From the NCBI GenBank assembly GCA_038212275.1, contig JBBQUR010000034.1, forward strand, positions 1 to 16,991: 16,991 bases of DNA, written 5' to 3'. This DNA is from Planctomycetota bacterium (GTDB taxonomy: Bacteria; Planctomycetota; B15-G4). The notes below the pieces were generated by a model. It was not told the DNA's origin, made no database searches, and saw only the letters and a program-made list of their open reading frames with translations. Below, piece after piece: positions 7,918-16,991 of the stretch. Each line of letters opens with the position of its first letter. Positions within the stretch are counted from its first letter, which is position 1. The translations under genes and the position numbers were made by a program.

Positions 7918-8013
7918 CGAGCTCAACCGGTAGGCTCTCTCTCCTTCACTGACCCCGGACAGCCCGGACTGTGCCGGGAAGTCGTCGCTCGCAGCCCGCC
8001 CGGACCATCGCCC

Positions 8014-8814
8014 ATGACCACCGACGAGATCCGCTTCGATGACGGCGCCGCGTACGAGCGGTACATGGGCAAGTGGAGCCAGTCCGCGGGCAGGACATTT
8101 CTCGACTGGCTCGCTCCGAAGACCGGCTGGCGCTGGCTCGATGTCGGCTGCGGCAACGGCGCGTTCACCGAGGTGATCGTCGAGCGCTGCGCGCCGGCGG
8201 CGGTGCAGGGCATCGATCCGTCGGAGGCGCAGCTCGCACATGCGCGGTCGCGCAGTTCGTCGGGCAGCGCGTCGGGCGTCGCGCAGTTCCGCCTCGGCGA
8301 CGCGATGGCCGTGCCGTTCGCCGACGACAGCTTTGACGCGGCGGTCATGCCGCTGGTGATCTTCTTCGTGCCCGAGCCGGCCCGGGGCGTGGCGGAGATG
8401 GCGCGCGTCGTCCGCCCGGGCGGCGTCGTCGCGGCCTACGCGTGGGACCTTCCCGGCGGCGGCCTGCCCTACGAAGCGCTGCAGGCCGAGATGCGCGCGC
8501 TGGGCGTCGCCGTGCCCGTGCCACCCAACCCGGACGCGTCGCGCATCGACACGCTGCGGGAGCTGTGGACCGGCGCGGGCCTGGCGGACGTCGCCACGCA
8601 CGTGATCACCGTGCAGCGCCACTTTGCCGATCTCGACGACTACTGGACGACGGTTCTCGGCGGGGCGAGCGTCGGCCGGAGTCTGGCCGCGATGCCACCC
8701 GGCGATTTCGCGCTGCTCAAGACACGCATGCTCGCTCACCTGCGGCCTGATGCCGCGGGCCGCATCACCTGCGTCGGCCGGGCCCATGCCGTCAAAGGGT
8801 CCGTGCCCGTCTGA
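8014..8814 (+). CDS. Class I SAM-dependent methyltransferase
   Basis: F.DGAAYERYMG.WS start, WLDVGCGNG, GIDPS..QL, GDA...PF.D.SFD and EM.RV.RPGG. True start MTTDEIRF at 8014. Confidence 0.92.
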   Translation: MTTDEIRFDDGAAYERYMGKWSQSAGRTFLDWLAPKTGWRWLDVGCGNGAFTEVIVERCAPAAVQGIDPSEAQLAHARSRSSSGSASGVAQFRLGDAMAVPFADDSFDAAVMPLVIFFVPEPARGVAEMARVVRPGGVVAAYAWDLPGGGLPYEALQAEMRALGVAVPVPPNPDASRIDTLRELWTGAGLADVATHVITVQRHFADLDDYWTTVLGGASVGRSLAAMPPGDFALLKTRMLAHLRPDAAGRITCVGRAHAVKGSVPV

Positions 8815-8880
8815 AAAAGTGTGTCGCCGCCGACGGCCCGCCGTCTCCGCGCGCCGGCCGCCCGCACCGACGCCTGCTTC

Positions 8881-8962
8881 GGCCGCCCGCGTCGGCCGCT
8901 CGCATTGGCCGCCCGCATTGGCCGCCCGCGTCGGCCTCGCGCGTTGGCCTCGCGCGCCGGCC
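8881..8962. repeat. 13-bp degenerate tandem repeat (GGCCGCCCGCRTY-like) x6
   Basis: Units start at 8881, 8894, 8907, 8920, 8933 and 8946, with a further related copy at 8856-8868. Confidence 0.85.
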
Positions 8963-9044
8963 ATCGGACGGCTGCCGGGAGGCGGGAGCCGGAGCGGGCC
9001 GTTCATGCGACACTGCGGCCGACCGAGTCCCCGGGAGTTGCGGC

Positions 9045-9548
9045 ATGACTGAGCCGTTGACGAGCACCGAGCTGCGCAGCCCACCGGCCCCGCAGCCGTC
9101 CGTGTCGGGCTGGCTCGTGACGATGAGGGCTCCACTCACGCTGGCCGCCGCCAACTTCTTCGTGTGGCCGCTTCTGGCCGGCGCCATCGGCGGTGTCTCC
9201 GCTCAGGCCGGGTTCACGAGCGGTCGGCTGGCGCTCATGCTCTGGGCCGGAAGCGTGGTCGTGAGTGCCGGCCGCGGATTGTGGAGCGCCGCGCGAGCCG
9301 GGATCGCCATCCTCGTCGTGGATCACGTGATCCTGAAGGGTGGTCTGTTCCTCTTTGCTTACCTGCGCGGCCAGCAAGCCGGAGAGCCTGGCAGCAACAC
9401 CTATCTCATGGCCTTCGGAGGAGTGCTGGTTTCGTTCGCCATGTTCGGCCCGATCGCCGGCCTGCTGGGATGCCTCGGCGGCCTCTTCGAGCGCCGACGC
9501 GCGGCGCGCGTCCGCATCGCCGCCGCATCCGCCGGGACACGCACATGA
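9045..9548 (+). CDS. Hypothetical integral membrane protein (about 4 TM segments)
   Basis: GGGAG RBS, hydrophobic segments and a GxxGxxGG C-terminal helix followed by basic residues. Confidence 0.7.
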   Translation: MTEPLTSTELRSPPAPQPSVSGWLVTMRAPLTLAAANFFVWPLLAGAIGGVSAQAGFTSGRLALMLWAGSVVVSAGRGLWSAARAGIAILVVDHVILKGGLFLFAYLRGQQAGEPGSNTYLMAFGGVLVSFAMFGPIAGLLGCLGGLFERRRAARVRIAAASAGTRT

Positions 9549-9745
9549 AGAGTCCATACCGGAACGAACGACACCGCAACGAACGACGCCAGCGCAGGCC
9601 GGCGCTGCTCTGCTGCCTGCTGCTGCTGTGCGTGGTCGGCTGCACGTCCACGTCCCGACGAACGTCGTACTGGACGCGGTCGCGCGTGGCCGAGACCTGT
9701 GCGCGCATGGCGCAGGGAGTGGCTCAGCTGTGTGGCAGGCTGTGA
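9545..9745 (+). CDS. Possible small lipoprotein or lipoprotein gene stump (66 aa)
   Basis: ATG overlaps the upstream TGA (ATGA). Basic n-region, hydrophobic ALLCCLLLLCVV and a lipobox-like VVGC. Confidence 0.4.
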   Translation: MKSPYRNERHRNERRQRRPALLCCLLLLCVVGCTSTSRRTSYWTRSRVAETCARMAQGVAQLCGRL

Positions 9746-9797
9746 GCGAGTGGCGCGGACGGCGCGGATCGATCGACGGCGAGTGGAGCCGTTCAAG

Positions 9798-10268
9798 GTG
9801 ACGGCAGAAGAATGGGTCACGGTCTTCTCCGGCTCGCCGGCTCGAGTCATGGTGCTGAGAGCAGCTCTCGAATCCGAGCGGATCCCGACCTTCACGCCCG
9901 ACGAGATGATGAAGGTGGTGGACCCCTTCATCACAGGGGCCAATCCCTTCGCGGTGGAGCTGCGAGTGCCGAGGCAGGCGGTGGCGGAGGCGCAGGAGAT
10001 CGTCGCCGCGCTTCCGCCGCTGAAGAAAGTCGAACTGAGCGGGGCCGAGCGCGAAGCCCGAGATGTGGCGCGACTCTCACAGCAGGTCCGCTGGTGTCTC
10101 GTGATACCGCTCGCCGGCTGGCTCGTCGGATCCTTTCTCGGCTTCCGCTATCTCGCCGCAGCACTCCGGCTGCGTGACTTCCCGGACCATCACAGGACGA
10201 CCGTCATCATCTGGTGCACGGAGATGTTCCTGCTCGTGGCGTCGTTCGCACTGCGGGTGGCCGTCTGA
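9798..10268 (+). CDS. DUF2007 (putative signal-transducing) domain protein with two C-terminal TM helices
   Basis: WVTVF.G......LR..LESE.IP.F..DE and V.LRVP......A.EI motifs; GTG start with GGAG upstream. Confidence 0.75.
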   Translation: MTAEEWVTVFSGSPARVMVLRAALESERIPTFTPDEMMKVVDPFITGANPFAVELRVPRQAVAEAQEIVAALPPLKKVELSGAEREARDVARLSQQVRWCLVIPLAGWLVGSFLGFRYLAAALRLRDFPDHHRTTVIIWCTEMFLLVASFALRVAV

Positions 10269-10321
10269 CTCACCGTGGCCGCGGTCTTCGCCTTCGTGGT
10301 CTTCACGTCGCGCAACCGCCC

Positions 10322-10855
10322 GTGAGCTCCGCCCCCGCATGCACGTTGCGGCGCGTGGACACGGTCGACGATGCACTCGTCGAGTCGCTGGCCACGCTGC
10401 TGGTGGACTGCGTGGAGGGCGGCGCCTCGGTGAGTTTCATGCTGCCGATCACGCACGAGCGGGCCGCGGCCTTCTGGCGCCGCGTGGCGCGCGACGTCGC
10501 TGTCGGCGGGCGCGCGCTGCTGGTGGCCGAGGATCCGCAGGGCGTGTGCGGCACCGTGCAACTCGTGCTCGAACAGCCGGAAAACCAGCCGCACCGCGCG
10601 GACCTCGCGAAGATGCTCGTGCACCGGCGCGCGCGCCGCCAGGGCCTGGGCGAGGCGCTCATGCGCGCCGCCGAGGTCACCGCCCGCGACTGCGGCAGGA
10701 CGCTGCTCGTGCTTGACGCCGTCACCGGCGGCGACGCCGCGCGCCTCTACGCGCGGCTCGGCTGGGTGCGCGTCGGCGAGATCCCCGGCTACGCGCTGCT
10801 CCCGCAGGGCGGCCTGTGCGGCACGACCTGCTTCTACCGCGAGCTCGGGGCGTAG
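10322..10855 (+). CDS. GNAT N-acetyltransferase, TTR (tabtoxin resistance protein)-like
   Basis: LA.LL.DCV.GGASVSFM, GTVQL....PENQPHRADLAKMLVHRRARRQGLG, LLVLD..TG..A..LY...GW.RVGEIPGYAL. Start GTG at 10322 is inferred. Confidence 0.9.
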   Translation: MSSAPACTLRRVDTVDDALVESLATLLVDCVEGGASVSFMLPITHERAAAFWRRVARDVAVGGRALLVAEDPQGVCGTVQLVLEQPENQPHRADLAKMLVHRRARRQGLGEALMRAAEVTARDCGRTLLVLDAVTGGDAARLYARLGWVRVGEIPGYALLPQGGLCGTTCFYRELGA

Positions 10856-10933
10856 CGCGCGAGGCCGGCTCGCACTTGCCCGACCCCTGTCCGGCGCCGT
10901 CTGCCCGCCGCCGGACGCCGGCGGAACGCAGCA

Positions 10934-11854
10934 TCAGGGATGCGAGAGATCCTTCGCCGCGAAGGTGTCGCCTGCAGCCATGTCGCCGGTCTGGAAGCCG
11001 TGCTTGAACCACGCGGCGCGCTGCTCCGAGGTGCCGTGCGTGAACGAGTCCGGCACGACGCGTCCCTGCCCCTCGCGCTGCAGCGTGTCGTCGCCGATGG
11101 CGGTGGCGGCGGCGAGCGCCTCGTCCACATCGCCCGGCTCGAGCAGGTCGTGCAGGCGCCGTGCGTGGTGCGCCCACACGCCGGCGTAGAAATCCGCCTG
11201 CAACTCGAGGCGCACCGAGAGCCCGTTGGCCTCGCCCTGCGCGAGGCGTTGCTGCGCCGTGGACACCTTGTCGGACACGCCGAGCAGGTTCTGCACGTGA
11301 TGGCCGATCTCATGGGCGATGACGTAGGCCTGCGCGAAGTCGCCGGGCGCGCCGAAGCGCTGCGACAACTCGTCGAAGAAAGTCAGGTCGAGATAGACCT
11401 TGCTGTCGCCGGGGCAATAGAACGGGCCGACGGCCGCGGTCGCGAAGCCGCAGGCGGAGTTCACGCCGTCGTCGAAGAGCACGAGGTGCGGCTCGATGTA
11501 GGTTTCGCCGCGCGCGGCGAAGAGCTCGTGCCAGACATCCTCCGTGTCCGCGAGAACGACGGAGGTCATGTCGGCCACCTCGGCCTGGCGGGGATCGGGC
11601 GCGCCGCGCGAGGCGCCGCTGCTCTCGGAGGAGCCGTCGGAGAGCAGGTGCAGCGGGTCGCCCGCGAACACGGTGATGACCACGATGATGGCCAGCACGG
11701 CGAGGGTGCCGCCCGACATGCGGCCGCCGGGCAGGCCGCCGCCGCCAAAGCCGCCGCCGCCGAAACCCCTGCCGAAGCCGCCACCTCCGCCGCCGGCGTT
11801 GCTGCCGCGGCGGTCCTCGACGTTGCCGCTGCGGCGTTGGCCTGTCCACTTCAA
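10934..11854 (-). CDS. ypfJ: Neutral zinc metallopeptidase, YpfJ family
   Basis: TTG start with AGGAGG RBS giving MKWTGQRRSGNVEDRR. Gly-rich stretch, TM helix, SACG.A..AVGPFYCP.D, GDFAQAYVIAHEIGHHVQ, ELQAD and VPDSFTHGTS.QR. Confidence 0.93.
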   Translation of the reverse strand: MKWTGQRRSGNVEDRRGSNAGGGGGGFGRGFGGGGFGGGGLPGGRMSGGTLAVLAIIVVITVFAGDPLHLLSDGSSESSGASRGAPDPRQAEVADMTSVVLADTEDVWHELFAARGETYIEPHLVLFDDGVNSACGFATAAVGPFYCPGDSKVYLDLTFFDELSQRFGAPGDFAQAYVIAHEIGHHVQNLLGVSDKVSTAQQRLAQGEANGLSVRLELQADFYAGVWAHHARRLHDLLEPGDVDEALAAATAIGDDTLQREGQGRVVPDSFTHGTSEQRAAWFKHGFQTGDMAAGDTFAAKDLSHP

Positions 11855-11960
11855 GGCGTGCGCCTCCTGCCGTGAGGTGCGGCATTGTCGGCTGCCCCGG
11901 GAGATACGCAAGCGGCGCCTGCGTGCCCTTTGCAAAAGGCGCGCTCACCGTGGCGCCCCC

Positions 11961-12167
11961 GGCGTGTGCGGTTTACCCGGCGTACCCGGCGTGTGCGGTG
12001 TGCCCGGCGTACCCGGTGTGCCCGGCGTTCCCGGCGTGTCCGGCGTGTCCGGCGTGTCCGGCGTGTGCGGCGTGTGCGGCGTGTGCGGCGTGTGCGGCGT
12101 GTGCGGTGTGTGCGGCTTTTGCGGCTTTTGCGGCTTTTGCGGCTTTTGCGGCTTGTGCGGCGTGTGC
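11961..12167. repeat. Minisatellite, 23 contiguous 9-bp units (GGY-NTN-YNC)
   Basis: Counted units include GGCGTGTGC, GGYGTNCCC, GGCGTGTCC x3 and GGCTTTTGC x4. There are no indels and variants cluster in blocks. Confidence 0.95.
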
Positions 12168-12246
12168 GCTCGGATGGCGCGCCAGAGTGTTGCCGAGGGA
12201 CCACGCTGCGCGACAGACTGTCGGCTTCCTTCCGGAGAGTGCCTCG

Positions 12247-15156
<2,910 letters not shown>

Positions 15157-15166
15157 GCCGGAGAGA

Positions 15167-15646
15167 TCACGTCCCCTGCAGGTGCGCCTCGACGAACCAG
15201 AGGGACTTGTCGACGCCGCGGGAGATCTCGGTGAAGAGGTCGGCGGTGTCCTTGTCGCCGAGAGTGTCGGCCTGGTCGATGCCCTTGCGCACCGACTTGC
15301 CGAAGCCCGCCAGCGCATCGGCGACGGCCTTCACGTGGTCCGTCTCGTGCTCGAACTTGCGCGGGCCGTCGGGCAGGCCGCTGCCCTTGGAGACGGCGGC
15401 GGCCGAGCCGTCGGGCGTGCCGCCGAGCTGCACGGAGCGCTCCGCGAGGTCGTCGCCGTAAACCAGCGCTTCGCCGGCCACCTTGTCGAACAGCTCGTGC
15501 AGCGCGATGAAGGTCGGGCCCTTCACGTTCCAGTGCGAGTTCTTGACCTTCAGGTAGAGGTCGATGGAATCGGCGAGCCGGTCCTGCAGCAGGGCGGCAA
15601 GCTTCTTGCGGGCGTCGGCGGGCAGATCATTGCGCGTGGCGTTCAT
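15167..15646 (-). CDS. dps: DNA starvation/stationary phase protection protein Dps
   Basis: LAD.IDL....K..HWNVKGP.FIALHELFD, D.LAER..QLGG and D.DTADLFTEISRG.DK.LWFVEAHL. Confidence 0.96.
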   Translation of the reverse strand: MNATRNDLPADARKKLAALLQDRLADSIDLYLKVKNSHWNVKGPTFIALHELFDKVAGEALVYGDDLAERSVQLGGTPDGSAAAVSKGSGLPDGPRKFEHETDHVKAVADALAGFGKSVRKGIDQADTLGDKDTADLFTEISRGVDKSLWFVEAHLQGT

Positions 15647-15715
15647 CGGATCCTCGGCGGATGGAAGTTCGGGAGCTGTCGACGACGGGCTGCTGCCCGC
15701 GCCTGGCGAGGCACC

Positions 15716-15781
15716 TGTCTAGTGTGCGAAATGTCCGGCGTCCAATCGAACTTCGCGATCGGCGTGAGAGCACGGCGCGCT
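15716..15781 (-). promoter_or_regulatory. Putative dps promoter with adjacent OxyR/LysR-type box
   Basis: Minus strand TGGACG-N17-TAGACA (15744-15716), abutted by ATCG-N7-CGAT-N7-AGAG-N7-CGCT (plus strand, 15745-15781). Confidence 0.5.
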
Positions 15782-15901
15782 CCGACGTAGAGTCGCGCAT
15801 CCACGTCGGCCGGCCGGTGTTTTCCGGCAGCGTACCGAGCTCCGTGCGTCAGCGCGCCGCCTGGTGCGTGAGGTCGGGGGCGGCGACGCCGCGCGGGCGG
15901 C

Positions 15902-16231
15902 TCAGCGCTTGCGGGGTGGCGTGCCGCGCTGCGGCCGCTGCGATGCGGGTTTTGCCGGGCGATTGCGCCGTGGCGGCGCGGCCTCGGGCTCGGACTCCAT
16001 CTCGTAGAGCGTCTCGGGCGCGATGTCCGCGCCGTTGGGCCACACGACCGTGCCGGCCTCGGTGTCGAGCATCGCCTTCCTGAAGTACGCCGGATCGCGC
16101 AGCGGCTTGAAGATCGGGCCCTTGAGGAAACGTCCGACATCGACGCGCTTGCGTGTGCCGTCATCGAAGGCCACTTGAAGCGAGGTCGGGCCGCAGGCGC
16201 GGACGCTGGTGACTTCGGGGAGGTATGCCAT
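15902..16231 (-). CDS. DUF2442 domain protein (putative antitoxin)
   Basis: V.SV......L.V.FDDG....VD....L.GPIF.PL.DP.YF.......GTV.WPNGADIAPE.LY; basic disordered tail. Confidence 0.9.
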   Translation of the reverse strand: MAYLPEVTSVRACGPTSLQVAFDDGTRKRVDVGRFLKGPIFKPLRDPAYFRKAMLDTEAGTVVWPNGADIAPETLYEMESEPEAAPPRRNRPAKPASQRPQRGTPPRKR

Positions 16232-16239
16232 CGGAAGGC

Positions 16240-16500
16240 CTATTCGAGCGGTGGAACGGGTTGCGGACAAATGCCTGCCCTCGCGTCGTGCCAGCGGTCC
16301 ATGAGTTCCAGCCGGCGCTTGTCGATCCAGGTACGCAACAGGCGGGTTGCTTGAACGGGAAGTTCGCCAACCAGCAAGGAGCCGTCGGAGATCATGAAGG
16401 ATCCCTTTCGGCCGGAATACCGCGCGTGCACGTGTGGCGGGTCATGGTCGCCATAGTACAGGTAGACCGAAATCCCGTAGAAGGCGCTGATACGAGGCAC
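16240..16500 (-). CDS. DUF4160 domain protein (putative toxin partner)
   Basis: GTG start giving MPRISAFYGI..Y.YY.DH.PPH.HA.Y, W......EL...W and ..PLE terminus; GGGAG RBS; 8 bp upstream of the DUF2442 gene. Confidence 0.9.
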   Translation of the reverse strand: MPRISAFYGISVYLYYGDHDPPHVHARYSGRKGSFMISDGSLLVGELPVQATRLLRTWIDKRRLELMDRWHDARAGICPQPVPPLE

Positions 16501-16761
16501 CGGCGAGTCTCCCGCGAAGTCGTGGGAGAGATCGATGTCCACTGCGCGGACGGTACGTCGGAGCGGCGACGCGATCGTTACAGCTGCCTCAAGCCGCCCG
16601 GCGCTTTTCCGCCACACCCGGCGCCCGCTATGCTCCATTCGTTGACGTCGCCGACGCGGCCCGACACGGCCAGGTCTGCGGCACAGCTCGGCCGCGGGCG
16701 GGGCGCGCCCGGCAACGGCCGGCGGCCCGCACGACACGCCATCCCCCGGAACCGCCCGCCG

Positions 16762-16991
16762 ATGCCCATCCGCCCGATCCGCAAGCTGCTCGTCGCGAAC
16801 CGTGGCGAGATCGCGTTGCGTGTCTTTCGCGCCGCACGTGATCTGGGGATCGCCACGGTCGCTGTCGTCGCGCCGGACGACAAGGGCTCGCTCCACGCGC
16901 GTTCCGCCGACGAGACGGTGGAGATCGCGAGCTACCTCTTCTCCGAAGAGAACATCCGCGCGGCGAAGCAGACCGGAGCGGACGCGATTCA
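16762..16991 (+). CDS. Biotin carboxylase domain protein (acyl-CoA/pyruvate carboxylase alpha type), N-terminal part, runs off window
   Basis: Manual translation MPIRPIRKLLVANRGEIALRVFRAARDLGIATVAVVAPDDKGSLHARSADE...AAKQTGADAI contains the hallmark ANRGEIA. Absent from the ORF track. Confidence 0.93.
   Translation, partial: MPIRPIRKLLVANRGEIALRVFRAARDLGIATVAVVAPDDKGSLHARSADETVEIASYLFSEENIRAAKQTGADAI

Noticed and set aside
7219..9135. 638-aa minus-strand ORF and similar long ORFs (11851-13722, 11544-13211, 14250-15461, 10940-11875)
   Set aside because: Shadow ORFs of high-GC genes; Arg/Ala-rich and overlapping well-supported CDSs.
10889..10916. Hairpin GTCCGGCG...CGCCGGAC between convergent genes as a terminator
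   Set aside because: No U-tract on either strand; such stems are common by chance at this GC content.
11961..12167. CRISPR array or collagen-like gene
   Set aside because: Units are 9 bp and contiguous with no spacers, and no cas genes are present. The Gly-X-Y frame has no credible start and overlaps the DPP III CDS out of frame.
11872..12246. N-terminal Cys-rich extension of DPP III (1094-aa ORF)
   Set aside because: ATG 12247 has an RBS and begins a proper lipoprotein signal; the upstream frame stays open largely because the repeat lacks stops.
16501..16896. 218-aa long form of the DUF4160 ORF
   Set aside because: The extension is antisense to the biotin carboxylase start; family similarity begins at 16500.

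Overview
High-GC bacterial accessory region that looks like a mosaic of unrelated genes and gene remnants. The left edge holds the 5' end of an IS630-family transposase on the minus strand (not in the ORF track). It appears inserted at a TA in an AT-richer gene whose 3' remnant is followed by an integron attC-like site, i.e. a disrupted gene cassette. Next come a DUF1801 protein, a RimJ-type GNAT, a truncated RhuM-family pseudogene, and a translationally coupled pair of uncharacterised genes (tandem PsbP/DUF1795-like plus a DUF3601-like protein). Then a TetR regulator with a palindromic operator and a secreted serine hydrolase carrying a LolA-like tail, a collapsed cydB remnant, a SAM methyltransferase, membrane and DUF2007 proteins, and a TTR-like GNAT. 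A YpfJ zinc peptidase and a lipoprotein DPP III (M49) peptidase are divergent across a 23x9-bp minisatellite; the DPP III has an (APV)n stalk and an extra C-terminal domain. The window ends with dps (OxyR-like box), a DUF4160/DUF2442 toxin-antitoxin-like pair and the start of a biotin carboxylase. All family calls are by recognition of motifs in the translations; no database searches were run.
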